From assembly GCA_964016885.1 (NCBI GenBank), contig OZ024742.1:247132001-247196000 (forward strand): DNA of 64,000 bases, written 5' to 3'. Numbering within the stretch: position 1 is the stretch's first letter; every line of letters starts with the position of its first letter. Both the position numbers and the translations under genes were made by a program. Source of the stretch: Eledone cirrhosa. Lineage: Eukaryota. The notes below the pieces were generated by a model. It worked only from the letters and a program-made list of their open reading frames with translations. It was not told the origin of the DNA and did not search any database. Below, piece after piece: positions 38,511 to 55,003 of the stretch.

Positions 38511-39540
38511 TCCGATGATCTGATCAGAGAAAACATGAAAACCAGCGTTATGTAACAACACTCGCAGACAAGGCTTGGCAGCTGCGTGAAAATAACAAAC
38601 AATTTCACCTAAAATGGGATATAATAGCGGCTGCCCCCCCCCCCCCCCCCCATAATCCCATGGACAGGAATTGGAATTTTGTAAATTATGTAATGTAGAA
38701 TTATTTTGTATTATGAAATCCAAAAACATTTTATTAAATAACAGAATAGAGCGATCGTTATACTGTAACCATCGCTTAAAATCTACATTTTCATATTATA
38801 AATACTACCAGGATTGAACGCCTGTCTCTATCCCCGTTTGATTGTCAAAATAGATATTAACATTCTTTATTAGTCTTAATTCTATCAACTCCTCTATTAT
38901 TTACCTTTTAATACAAACTGCTATAGATAAAATGAGATTTCTGATTTCTTGTTTCAATTCCCTAATGCATATACCAGCTGGCTACTAGCATTGATGTTAT
39001 TTAGTAGCAATCGAAATCTCCCCCTTCCCCAATTGACACTTTATAATTAATACTACTGCACCAAATGACCAGCCCTGTCCACTGTCCAGTTGGTCAAGTA
39101 GAGATTAAAATTGGCACTCCCAAAATTCTTATTTAGATTTACTCATTATATACTTGTTTAGCAGTAAATTAATTTACCATCTGTCATGTACTATCCCCCT
39201 CTGTTTCTTCCTCTATTACTAATATAAATACTTCAATTTTTCTGATTTTATCCAATTTATCCAAAATCTCTGAAGAAGTGACAACTGATTATACATTTGC
39301 TATCGAATACTTGCTAACATTATATGATTACGCAAGCAGCGATACATAGGTATTCAGTCTGTTACAGAAACATATGTCAATACCTAATAAATTCCTTTTT
39401 AAAAAAAAAGCACTTTCATTTTATATTCATCCTTTCTACATTTTCTCCGGAATATAATTTATACTCGTTGAGCAAACCTGCACGTACGCTGTTCATCTCT
39501 AACGTAACGATATATTATCACTACATTATTGATAACCTGA

Positions 39541-39591
<51 letters not shown>

Positions 39592-40344
39592 TATATAGTT
39601 AGCAGAGACAAGTATACTTCTCAAAGTGTTCACTTCCTCTTTTCGGACAAAATATTTCGATCTTTTCAACAACTGGTAAATATTTACATAACTCTGATGA
39701 CCCACAATAGGATATTATTCTCTCATCAGAGACGGCGCTGCTGTTACTCATAAAGAGGCATTGTGAGACGTTTCTTGAATGACTCCTCAGCCTCTGGATT
39801 ATAGGTTTGATGTATTCATATTCTACCTTTTATACTCAACAACACTATCCTCTTCTATTCGGAACTGTATGGCCTTGTGCCACCGTAACTCATTCATTAT
39901 CCTCACATTAGTCCTATTTTCTCTTATAATTAATATTGTATCTAAACTACTCTGCACGAACCACAGTATTCATGTTTAAATGGTAGAATATTAGCCCAGT
40001 AGAATCTTCTCCCTGCCCACAACTTTCCAGTTGTCGTATATATGCACATGTATAAACGATATCAATCTCACTGTCCTGCAAACCAAACTAATTAAAACTA
40101 TATAAATTTAATGTCTCATAAGTTTCAGAAAGCCGGTATAATGCAGACGAAATATATAAAGGGCAAAGGATGGAAAATCAAACAAAACAAAGTAATATTT
40201 TACCCAGTATATTTCATCATAATATTTCAGGGTTAACACCCTATTTTTAAATGTAAAAAAACGAAAGCTGTTTAAAACAATACGAACGATCGATGTGCTG
40301 GGTAAAACATTACATTATTTTGTTTTATTTGTCATACTTTGGCC

Positions 40345-42872
<2,528 letters not shown>

Positions 42873-43293
42873 TTGAAGGGTCTGTGTCCAATTAGGTTAC
42901 ATAGACGCTTACAGAAGCTTAATTATAAAATGCGTGTTTATTGTTTGTATGAATTACTTATACTCCTTTTCTTCACTATAAACCTTATATACTCTGGCTC
43001 TACCTATGTCTATACCCCCCTCTCACACACATAGTTACCCGTATGTGTATACATATATACATATGAGTATATATATATATATACATATATGTACATATGA
43101 AAGAAATTACTAGTTGAGACCAATATGACCATTAGAATATCGATGTTATTACAGGCTTTCTTTGCCTTACGGTTGAGCTAATACAATTTCAGTGTAAGCG
43201 CTATGCTAGGACCCAAAGTCCCCATTATATATATATATATATTTATTTATATCTATATTTATATCTATCTGTCTATCTATCTATCTATCTATC

Positions 43294-46200
43294 TCCGGAT
43301 GGTATAGACGTTCTTCACATCGGCTCCTCGATTATTGGAGATATCACGTGTTAACAGTAAGTGTTTGTCTGTATTCTTGCTTTATTGTGTCAATTAACCC
43401 CTTGCCCCTGGGTCTTCGGACATCAGGGTTAATTTATTTCACCCCTTTTGGGGTGAAATTTTTCATCCTAAAAATCTTGTGATTGTCTCTACAGTAGTGG
43501 TAGTGGAAGCCATTACCACAGGTAACGATGACACGCCCACTAAACAAACTGAAAGAATAATGATTATTAGAAACATTGAAAAAATGGAGCCTAACCCTAA
43601 TTAAAAAATGTGAAAAATTTGACTCGGAGAAATTGCCAACATTAATGGATGCCGTTTCGACTTTTCACGGTGCCACGCACACCAGCAATGGTGAAAGAGA
43701 AGTAGTAGCTGTGACTACAAGTCTCTCGGATACTGAAAATATAGGTGAAATTTTTGAAGAAATGGAGTCTAACCCCAACGGAAAAAAAATGTGAACGCAT
43801 ACACCAACATAAATAACACAAACACAACAAAAATGATAATTGTAATAACAAAAAACAAGAAAACAACCTCATTTTGACAAATATAAACAGAGAGAGGGCG
43901 AACAAAATGATGTTCGCTCAAACCATTAAAAAAAACCCATTGTGTATGAACCTATTGACATTTCGAACATGGCCCAGCAAATGGAAAATGCACGGAAGTA
44001 TATAACTTTGGAGGAGAATGGTCTATTTTCTTTAAATTCTCCCCCAGAGCTAAAAAAGGAAAATAGCTTAAAAACTATTATTTATAGGACACTATCAAAC
44101 AAAACCCGTAAGCCAGTACAACTCACACAGACAGAGATTGAACTGGCTGTAAAAGATCATCTGAAAAACATTGTATTCATTCGGAAGGATAGACTCTACG
44201 GTAGTCTATCCACCCGAATGAAAGATAAATTGACGGCCGAAAAACATACCCTGGCCCCAATTGTGTTCCCCTTATTTACATTGTTCCCCACTTATTTGGG
44301 AAGAAAAGCACAAAGATTGACCATACACAGTATCGATCCAGATATTGATTTCTGGGCGGTACTGTGTGGCCTCCTCGACTTGAAAGAGGATGCAGTAATT
44401 TCGGTAGGTAAGTCTTCCAGCAACGTGTTCGGTGGAACTAGCCTGCAAGTTCTGGTGCAAATGCATCCAGAACGAATTGCTAGGATCCCCGACCGCATAT
44501 TGCTGGATGGGCTTGCCTACTTACACATCACAGTGGGGGGGGGGGGGGTAGACGTTACCTCTGTGGTGGCAGAGGTCACCTGAGGGCTGCCTGTTCCCAA
44601 GCAAACAAAAAAACACCGATTTTGCCCACACCAACAACTACAACACTACCAACACAACCTCCACCAGCACCACCACACAAACAACTAACACAACTGAAAA
44701 CAATGCCCCCCCCCCCCCCACACACAGAAAACAAATACAATAGCACGCACACTACAAACACGAGGCAAAAATTAACCCCTCCCCTCGAACACGGAACACG
44801 ACCCCCTTTCATCGTCAGACGAGGGGGGGGGGGACACTTTCATAAAGGTAAAGAAAAAAAAGAAAACACACCACAGGAACACAAATACAACCCCCCCCCC
44901 AAGACATAACACAGACATCAACACAAAAAGACGCACAACAGCAAACAAAATACATCACTCAAAAAGAAAAATATGCATATACTTACATAAATACAATAAA
45001 CAAAAAACTGTTAAACGTTATTTATAATAACAACTTAATAAAAACCGAAGGTTCGAACTTCGCACAAGCAACGGGGCTTCCCCATCTAAAAATGATAAAA
45101 GCTCCAATGGACATTTACAAAACGTTAAAAGACACTTTTAAAGAGGACGTGGGGGGGGGGGGTGCTCTGCGTCAGACCCATTAACCATGTCCTCCTAAAA
45201 ATTCCTCCCCCAGACACCCACACAACTCCAAACACCCCAACCCCACCACACACTGATTCTCCTACACTTCCACAAACCACCACCCCACCCAATAACCCAT
45301 CCCCCACCCCCATGGAAATTGTGCGGCCCGGTCCCCGGGACGCAGAGAGGTAAGTGCCTTTTCTCTTTACCACCAACACGGCTGTGTTGTGAGTAGGTTG
45401 TCTAAATGCGCGTGGCCAGGGCTCACCTTGGAAGCAAGCAATGCTTCTAAATGACGTCAGGTCACGATGTATAAATGTGATGGTTATTTGCGAGGCCCGG
45501 ATCAGCAACGTGCGACAGCTGGCCCCCACCTTTGATGACTTTGAGATGCACGCATCTCTCTGTCAGACCGGAGGTGGGGGTGGTGTTGTTGTTCTGCTGC
45601 AAAAACATCTGGGTCTCGCTACACAGACGGTACACTTGGACCCGGAGTGTCGACTAGTGGTTCTGGACCTTGGCAGTGGTGAAGGCGGTGGTTTTAGGCT
45701 GGTCGCCGTCTACGGCCCTTTTGGGTCAGTGCGGCCGGACTTCTTCCATCGTCTGGAGACTTTTCTAGGGACGTCCCGCTCCTTGCTTTTAGTGGGGAAC
45801 TGGAATGGTTACCTAGATGCACGTTGGGACTATGTAGGGGAATGTCCTGATAGAGGGGGTTGTAACAGCCTCAAGGGGTTAATCGGCCGATTCGACCTGG
45901 CCGATAGATATCGACTAGATTTTCCGACTGTGCCAACCTGGACTTGGAGAAACCACAGCGGTCAATCTAGATCGTATCTAGATAGGTTCTTAGTTAGAAA
46001 TAAGGATAGGGACGACTTTTTAAATTGTCCAAAAATGCTCATGGTTGGCTATTCAGACCGCAAGTTAGTGACTTCCATTGTCAACCTTGATAGAACGCAT
46101 AGACAGGGACCCGGTTACTGGAAGCTCAACATGTCCTTACCAGCAAGTAAAGCTTACAGGAACCGGATTAGTACATTAGTTAAGGAGCGGTTGACGGGCG

Positions 46201-48648
46201 CCATCGTCAACAGCAGGTGGTGGGGCTCTCTAAAAGAGAGACTAGAGTAGCTTCAATAGGAGTTAGTAAGGAGTTAGCCTCAGATAGAAATAGGAAGGAA
46301 AGGGAGTTGGTAGATAGTGTAGAAGAGGCAGTTAGAAGCGGCGACGTAGACAGGGTGCTAGCGTCGAGAACGGCCTTGGGCCAGTTCTTCGACGCGAAAC
46401 ACGAAGGCTGCGTTGTCTGAAGCAAAATACGTTCTCTGGGAAACGAGGGGTACAAAGCTGTTAGCTTGGCCCGCGTGACAGAAGCCAAAAGTGGGACTAG
46501 ATCCACTATCCGGTCTTTGCGAGACCAGGATGGACGGGTGATCATTGAGCCTAAGCAGATGTGCGAGGCCTTTCAAAGGCACTTTGCCCGATTGTTCGGA
46601 AGGGACGGTAGGCCGGATGGGGAAGTGGACCTCGGTCCATACCTCGACGGCCTGCCACGTCTTTCGGACGAGGAGGCGAAGTCCTGCGAGAGGCCGATCT
46701 CAGCTGCTGAAATAGGGGACATGCTGAGCCAATGCGGCAGACGCAAATCTCCAGGCCTCGATGGTCTTCCATACGAACTGTATTTAAGTATGCCGGACTT
46801 GCTCTTCGAACTCCTCGAAGCGGTCTGCTGCAACTGGCAACAGAACGGGAGAATTCCCTGTTCTGTGACCAAGGCCGTAGTCTCGCGAGTGAGGAAGGAC
46901 GAGAACAACGGGGATGAAATAAGTAATTTTAGGCCCATAACACTGCTAAATGCAGAGTTAAAGATTTTGGCCAAGGTGTTAGCAAAGAGGTTGGCACTTG
47001 TCGTGGGAAACCTGGTGGGAGATGCGCAGACATGCGCCATCCCGTCCAGGTCCATTCACGACAACCTCCATCTCATGCGATACATCATAGAGAGGGTTGG
47101 GAACGAACCCGGCTTTGGCGGGGCCCTGATCAACTTGGATCAATCTAAAGCGTTCGATAGGGTCGATCATCGTTACCTGGATGCGGTGCTAGTGGCGGCA
47201 TGTTTCGGACCCGTTTCCAGGGGCTGGACCACTGCCATGCACAGAAGCCGCATCTACTCTAGGGTTAAGGTGAACGGCTACCTCTCGGAGCCGTTCGAAA
47301 TCACGCGGTCCATCCGACATGGATGCCCTCTCTCCTCGCTTCTGTATGTATTGGCCCTAGAGCCACTGCTGCGGAAGTTGGAGTTGTTACAGGGCATCCG
47401 TTTGGAACCGGGATTGCGGAAAGCGGTGTCGGCCTACGCCTATGACGTGACAGTAATGGTGTCAACCGCCTCGGATATCGGAGTGATCGGCACCTTACTG
47501 GAGGAATACGAAACGTTTACAGGGGCTAAGCTGAACTGGGACAAGTTAGTCGGTCTGCAACTCGCTAAGTGGAGGGGTAAACGGATGGCCTCCAACGGCG
47601 TCGTCGGACGTTGGACGGAGGGCCCGGTGAAGTTGCTCGAGGTCTGGTTCAGGCCAGACCTCCAGGTGGAGAAGAACTGGGGTGAGGTATCGAACAGGGT
47701 GTTTGCGCTGACGCGGAAGTGGGCGGAGTGCAAACTATCGCTGAAAGGTCGGGCGGAGGTGGCGAACGCTTATATAGCGTCTGTCATCTATTACCCCCTG
47801 ACCGTCGTGCCTTGCCCAAGGGAAACGCACACCAAAATGGAGCGCGCACTCTTCCAATTCCTTTGGAAGAAGCAGGCTCCTTTGGTGAGGAGATCCATCT
47901 GCTGTCAACACCCTTCGAAAGGAGGGCTGGGGTTGCCGTGGCTGCTGATGTGTAAACACGCAATACGACGACGGCACCTCCAGATATTCCTCACCGGTCA
48001 ACCGTTTTGGGGCCCGTTTGTGAGGCGAGCCTTTCCGAGACTCGTCTCGCTCACCGAGCTGCAGTCCTGGGTCAAGCAAAGACCGAGAAAACTGGGCGCC
48101 TGGCACACCAAGTGTGCCCAGGCGCTCATGGCTCTCTGGCAGGCGGACCCGGCTATCGGTGGATACTCCATCTCGTCATTCTATAGAAGGCTGGTGGTTA
48201 GTAGGCGCGACGACGCCCTCGAACAAGCCCTAGGCATGGAGGAAGACGAACTGGCCAGCCTATTCGGGAGTACATTTGGCCCGGGACCTATGGACAACTT
48301 CCAGAAGTCCCTGGCCTGGCAGTTCTAGAGAGGGGCGCTGCCCGTTCGAGAAAAGCTCTACAGACACAGGCGCCCGGGTAGGGACCGCTCGAAAAAAATA
48401 TGTCCCAGATGCGTGCGCGACGCGGAAACCGTTGCGCACGCATTGGTATACTGCTCGGGCTTTGCCGGTCTGTGGGGCTATGACAAACGACTGCTGTCAC
48501 GAGTGGGACCAATCCGGTTGACGACTGAGTCCATTGTAACGATCAAGCCGCCTCCCACCTTCAAAAATGAAGGAGAGGCGGTCTTCCTCTGTCTAATAGC
48601 CATGGTAAAAGAGGTGATATGGTGGACACGTTTGAAAGGGCTGAGGTC
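43294..48648 (+). mobile_element. Tx1 copy 6 (closest to copy 2), 5'-complete, 3' end replaced by a pLTR-like element
   Basis: Starts after (ATCT)n 43263-43293; ORF1 fragments to 45353 with a degenerate knuckle (YLCGGRGHLRAAC); ORF2 45378-48648 with start mutated to ACG, YAYD and several stops. Confidence 0.92.
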
Positions 48649-49727
48649 CGAGCATTTTATAATAACTAGAAATTGATTAACATATAAATAAACATGGATA
48701 ATCACAGGAAATAATTTTTACAAGTGTGTAACCACAAAAAGCTGGCTCCTTAATTGTAGAGCTAACTCTGTTGAAAGGACTCGACTGCTGTTTCTAGTTG
48801 TCGATAACCCTATTCACGCCACTGGGACGAAGCTAGTATGATGTGTGTATTTCTAGTAGATATAGCACGTGTTGATGGCCAGACGCTGATTTGAACTTGA
48901 AGTGTAAACACGGATCGCTGGAACTTCTTCCTTGTTGAAAATCCAAGTATCCACTTCCGTGGTTTACCATCCGATTAATTGGTGAAATATATTTCTTTAA
49001 TAGAATATATACAGGGAAGATTAATCATATTATAAGGTATCTATTTTGAAGTTCTGGTCAACTTTATTTAGTTACCTACCTAGCTATGTGTGGTTACACC
49101 CTTGTAAAAATTATCTCCTGTGATTATTCATGTTTATTTATATGTTAATCAATTTCTAGTTATTATAAAATGCTCGGACCTACTTGTTAGAATCTTAGAG
49201 CTTATTTTGCGGGTGATATGGCGCATGTCTTTCTGGCATGACACCCATAATTTGATTTAGATTAAATTCATTTGATTTATCTTAATTTTGGATATAGATA
49301 TAGAAATACGGCTCCTTAATTGTAGAGCTAACTCTGTTGAAAGGACTCGACTGCTGTTTCTAGTTGTCGATAACCCTATTCACGCCACTGGGACGAAGCT
49401 AGTATGATGTGTGTATTTCTAGTAGATATAGCACGTGTTGCTGGCCAGTCGCTGATTTGAACTTGAAGTGTAAACATAGATTGCTGGAACTTCTTCCCTG
49501 TTGAAAATCCAAGTATCCACTTCCGTGGTTTACCATCCGATTAATTGGTGAAATATATTTCTTTGATGGAATATATACAGGGAAGATTAATCATATTATA
49601 AGGTATCTATTTTTGAAGTTCTGGTCAACTTTATTTAGTTACCTACCTAGCTATGTGTGGTTACACCCTTGTAAAAATTATCTCCTGTGATTATTCATGT
49701 TTATTTATATGTTAATCAATTTCTAGT

Positions 49728-49734
<7 letters not shown>
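48644..49734 (+). mobile_element. Non-coding pLTR/retrozyme-like element: ~1.75 tandem units of 566 bp preceded by a ~90-bp inverted copy
   Basis: Units start at 48744 and 49310; 48644-48736 is the reverse complement of 49088-49181; AGGTC microhomology with Tx1 copy 6 at the junction. Confidence 0.85.
49492..49586 (+). ncRNA. U3-A8 variant type I hammerhead with branched stem II (first copy at 48926-49020)
   Basis: TCTTCCCTG-TTGAAAA-T-CCAA...TTGG-T-GAAA-TATATT...AATATA-TA-CAGGGAAGA; 9-bp stem I, 7-bp stem III. Confidence 0.8.
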
Positions 49735-49762
<28 letters not shown>

Positions 49763-50018
49763 CATATATGTCCCACTGAATACACACGTGTTGTTTCTGA
49801 AAGAATCTTTTCCGTCCCTCCCTCTCCCCCTTCTCTATCCTCCTCTTTCATTTCTCATTGTAATTTCTGATAAATGACTATTGTCAGAAACGTTTAAACT
49901 CTATTTCCAATATTTTTCTATCAAGCTTTAAATTAATATATTTCTTCAATGACGTTTGTCGTTTGGTTTGTTATTTGTTTACTTTTTGCATATATATATA
50001 CATATGTGTGTGTGTGAA

Positions 50019-50107
<89 letters not shown>

Positions 50108-50274
50108 GATAACAAAATAATGTTATAGGTAATCCAGTTAGTGGTTATGAATACCTCATATATAGCTAGTTTTAGCGTACGGCGTTATTTGACTCAACAA
50201 GGGGTTTACGTAGGTAGCGAGTTTATGATTTCACTTGTATTACTATGTAAGTTTATCTTGGAGTAATAAAAGAG

Positions 50275-50548
50275 TACAAAAAAGGGTTTCATTTACAGTC
50301 TGACAATTGTTTCACTGATTAAGTTGTCTAAAAATTGCTGAACACTTGGAGCAGGGCCACTCAATTTTAAAAACGTTGTTAGCTTAACCAGATCATCAGA
50401 AATGAATAACTGTTATACGTTCAGTATTTTTATGTATTCATAAAAATACTGAACGTATAACAGTTATTCATCTCTGATGATCTGGTTAAGCTAACGTGTT
50501 TAAAATTGTGAAACAATTGTCAGACTGTAAATAAAACCCTTTTTTGTA
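50275..50548. repeat. Palindrome carrying a divergent hammerhead pair (50299-50402 minus; 50471-50524 plus)
   Basis: Axis near 50436. Minus HHR CTGATGA-T-CTGGTTAAG...CTTAATCAG-T-GAAA-CAATTG-TC-AGA; the plus copy has lost the 3' strand of stem II. Confidence 0.85.
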
Positions 50549-50577
50549 ATGTTGACCATGTTATTCTTCACTTTTTC

Positions 50578-50631
<54 letters not shown>

Positions 50632-50633
<2 letters not shown>

Positions 50634-53600
50634 TCAAAGACATCCCGATCCCTTCTGACAACACCTACATGAACCTATTGATTCGCCGCACTAACACCTT
50701 CATTAGACGCAAGAGATGGCGCGCATTCCACCACGACAAAAGGACCCAGCAGCATGCACACGATAATCCTTACGACCGCCTCAAACGGATCTTTACGCCA
50801 AGACGACACACACCACATAATGCACTGCTGGAGAAATTTGAAAACCGTATCACAGTATCGTTCGAAATATCAAATTCCGAAGGAATACTACACGCAATAA
50901 TGGATACCTCAGGAAACTCAGCTCCACGATCAAAAGCATGGAGAGATGCCCGGATTTACTTGTGTTCTGCGACAAAACCGATAATGTATACATGCTTGAC
51001 CAATTTACATACAAGGACTACATCGGGAAAGAGGCTAGGAAAAACTATAGGACCACAGGACATGACAACCTAGATAACATCAACGCCACGACCAAAAAAG
51101 TAATGACAGGGCTAGAAATAGATGATAGGACAGAACCTTATGTACCCAGAAAACCGAGGATATCCATTAAGGATCACAAATTAGAATTTAGGACAAATCT
51201 CCCCGTTAGGTTAATAGCACCCTCCAAATCAGACCTAGGTAGAGCCAGTAAGAATATCATAGATAGGATCCTACCGGTTCTTAGGAATAAAACTTGGCTT
51301 AGCTTATGGACTTCCACCAAGGAGGTAATAGACTGGTTCTCGCTATTAGATAGCAAGCAACTGGTAACTTTCATTCAGTTGGACATAGCGAATTACTACG
51401 CGTCCGTATCACCAGTTATCGTGAACAAGACCCTCATGAGCGCCATGACTAAGTCCAACCTCACTAGAGAGGAAGTAAACATTGTAATATCAGCGAGAAA
51501 GAGGTTAGTTAGCTTCGACAATAAATTATGGGAAAGGAGGGACAGACCCGATAGTTTTGATATTACTATGGGATCGAATGACTTTGTGCAGATGACGGAC
51601 CTGGTGGGAATATATCTCCTCCAAAGGCTAGCGGAGACGATCCCAGGGTTCGGCGGAGGAATATATAGAGACGACGCACTACTTACCTTCCGCTCCCTAA
51701 ACCCCAACCAGCTGGAGCGTATGAGGAATCGCATATCAGATTTTTTAAGCAGCACGGCTTATCCCTGCTGCAATATGTGAAGAGGCACTCGAACCACCCC
51801 AAGTCCGTTATAGACGCCATAGTAAAAGGGGTATCCAAACGCGAATCCACCCTGTCGGCTAACGCAGAAGTGTTTAACCAGCACGCTGACTATTATAATG
51901 AGGCACTGCGCATGGCCGGTTACACAGAAGCCATAGTGTACACCTCGGACAGGGAAGGGCCCAGCTGCAAAGCACGCGGATATGAGGATACCAATAGTAC
52001 TTCCATAGGTAAACTGAACAACCCAGAACTAGCATCTAGGATTAGGGCTAGCAGTATAGATTACCGTAAAGACGAAAGACTGACACTAAGACAGGCGAAG
52101 CCACACGCGGAAGGCAGACCGCACAGTACACGCAGACGGAATTCCGACACAGGCACAATACGCGACACGGACACTGAAACTAGTGACAGGGTAATGACAG
52201 ACACGGGCGTAAAACCAGGTAGAGGAAACACTCGGATCAATAGCAATGAAATAGCCCCGACAACCGCAACAGATAGTTTTAACGGGACTACCAGTAGTGC
52301 CGACAATATAGAACAGAATATTTCAGCAAACGAACGGCGTAATCCCGATGCACACGGTAGATATATAGATAGCGGCAACATATGGGACGAACTAACGGGC
52401 AGACACAACCCTGGATGGACACCTCACCCAACACACATTAACACTACTACACACAGACGACGGAATAGGATAAGGTCTAAGACCATTACATAGTTTAACG
52501 CGCCGTATTCGAAGCATGTAAGCAGCAATGTACCAGGCCTCTTCTTCTGAGCATTGGACGAGGGCTTCCCGCCGTCGAGCAGGTACCACAGGATATTCAA
52601 CCACCACAGTGAAGTTCTCCTTCTCCACCATACCTAACATGGTGACTACATGGCCAAAACCAACGCGGCGAAGTTTGGGGAAGCTCGACCGCCAACAGCG
52701 GCAGGCGGCTGGACCCGGTCCCCACAGCGGCCGCCACACCCGCGGAAGACGCTGTAATCGAATGCCAGGCGGAACTGAATGACGGAGGGGAACCCACGGC
52801 ACCGACAGAACAACACACAGAGAATCGGGGAAATGCGTAGTAGACCCAGGGCCCAGCGTAAGAAATGAGCAACATTACGACCGAACATGCAACTTCAGAG
52901 CCGGCACAAAATGCCCTCTGCAGGGAAGATGCCTAACGAAGGGCCTAGTATATAAATGTGTGGTTAACACGCACAACACCAAGCGCACCTACATTAGCGC
53001 AACATCCACGACCTTTAAATCAAGGATGTGTAAACACACAAACACTTTTAAGAACCGGAGCAAAAGACACTCCACTAGGCTGGCAGACCTAATATGGGAC
53101 TTGAAAGACAACGGCACCCCGTATGGTCTCAATTGGAGTATCGATCAACGTACGAATGCATATTTGGCTGGAGAGAGGAAGTGTAGGCTATGCTTATCCG
53201 AGGCCATGGAGCTAGTGGGATTAAAGGATGATGCAGTCAACCTGAAATCGGTGATTACCATGGCGTGCAGATACCAGAGAAGGTGCACAATCTCCACATA
53301 GACACCACCAGACGGCCAACCTAAAGGCATACGGGGGAAGCGGACGTTAGTCCGAGCGGCGGCGCGGGTCCAAAGAAACATACACCATACCTTGTTTATT
53401 ATGTATGCCCTGTGGGGGTAAGTCGACACAATCTATGCTGTCTATCGGACTCTGCACGCCATCTTAAGCAACGACATCGCAGGAGCTGGGACACAGTGGC
53501 TCAACTTCCATGGGTATTCATACATCAATAAGGCACTCTATATCACCCACAGTGACTTACTCTATTATGACCTGTTCACACGCACTCTCTGCATGTGTAT

Positions 53601-53947
53601 CTTTTTAATAGTGTGTGCATATTTTCCACGCATTCCATTATGTAACACCGTGTATTTTTCCATGTACAACCCAATGTGTATCTTTATATATTTTTCTTAT
53701 ATATTTCTGATATATTTTTAAAATATATTCTGCATGCATTTTCTATACATGGTCTGGGCATACCCTTTACATTACTACCATGAGCTCCCCATATGTAGTT
53801 TTGCTTGAGGTTTCTATACGTCAATTAATCCACGTTCGCAACATAATAGCAACTCTGTCAGTATGTACATCAAGGTGTATTTTTTCATGTACAGCCAAAT
53901 GTGTATCTTTATATACTTTTCTTTTATATTTCTTACATATTTTTTTA

Positions 53948-54028
<81 letters not shown>

Positions 54029-54146
54029 AAGAGTATATGTGGGAGTGTGTATGTATCTCTGTACACACATGTATAGGGGTAAAATATGTATATATATATA
54101 TATATATATATGTATATGTCCTTGTTGGCGTGTATGTAGGTATATA

Positions 54147-54212
<66 letters not shown>

Positions 54213-54826
54213 TGTGTGTGTGTGTGTGTATGTGTGTGTATGTATGTATATATATATCTGTGAGTGTATATGTATGTATATGTATGCGTGTGCATGTGCA
54301 TGTGTGTATGTGTGTGTGTGCATGTATGTGTATATTTGTGTGACTGTTTATGTGTGTGTGTATATATGGATATGTGTATATGTTTCTGTGGGTACATGTG
54401 TGAACACAAGCACGCGAGCCACTATCTATGTGTATCTGTCCGTGTCTCAGTGCATGTGTGTGTGCGTGCGTGTGGGAGTGAGAACAGGCAAACACAGCAG
54501 TAATTTTGCCTATGGGACTCTGGGTGAGTGACAGCTCACGCCCCGATGGTCAGTGAGCTGCTCCCAGTGGTCAGAACTATGCTGATGTCACTAAACAGCG
54601 ACCAATCCAAGGACGCGCAAATAAAAATGAAGGTGGACGATATAGACCCGTAGGGTTAGAACCCCAAAAAGAGGATCTGCTCCGAAATCAAAAGACGTGC
54701 CTGAGGAACCTGCGAATCCAGAATCAGGTCGATCCACACACAGATCGCTCCTCGAGCTGTTCGCCGGGGAAACATTTGTAATACGCAATAAATTCAGATC
54801 CGATGCATCACTGATATTTCGTTTTC

Positions 54827-54830
<4 letters not shown>
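50632..54830 (+). mobile_element. Naiad-type Penelope-like element 2, near full length, frameshifted
   Basis: N-terminus KDIPIPS..FIRRKRWRAF; RT ISIKDHK, QLDIANYYAS, ITMGSND..DLVGIYLL, GGIYRDDAL; GIY-YIG CPLQGRCL..GLVY..TYISAT..FKSR..CRLCLSE..CRY ending 53301; long microsatellite-containing 3' region ending in HHR + AATAAA. Confidence 0.88.
54696..54785 (+). ncRNA. Type I hammerhead with 61-nt branched stem II
   Basis: CGTGC-CTGAGGA-A-CCTGCGAA...TTCGCCGGG-GAAA-CATTTG-TA-ATACG, then AATAAA; internal hairpins GATC/GATC and GCTC/GAGC. Confidence 0.75.
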
Positions 54831-54903
<73 letters not shown>

Positions 54904-54904
54904 G

Positions 54905-54983
<79 letters not shown>

Positions 54984-55003
54984 CAGTGGATTTATTCTTG
55001 GTT

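Noticed and set aside
39690-39795. Cluster of CTGATGA/CTGAGGA heptamers on both strands
   Set aside because: Could not assemble convincing stems I-III; possibly a decayed pLTR but not supportable.
48770-48840. Minus-strand GAAACAGCAGTC as a second ribozyme in the 566-bp unit
   Set aside because: No CUGANGA or UUGANAA half and no stem I at the required position; no twister-like pattern either.
52886-53301. Selenoprotein-type Naiad (in-frame UGA at conserved Cys)
   Set aside because: No TGA seen at the conserved cysteine positions of the GIY-YIG regions inspected in elements 1-3.
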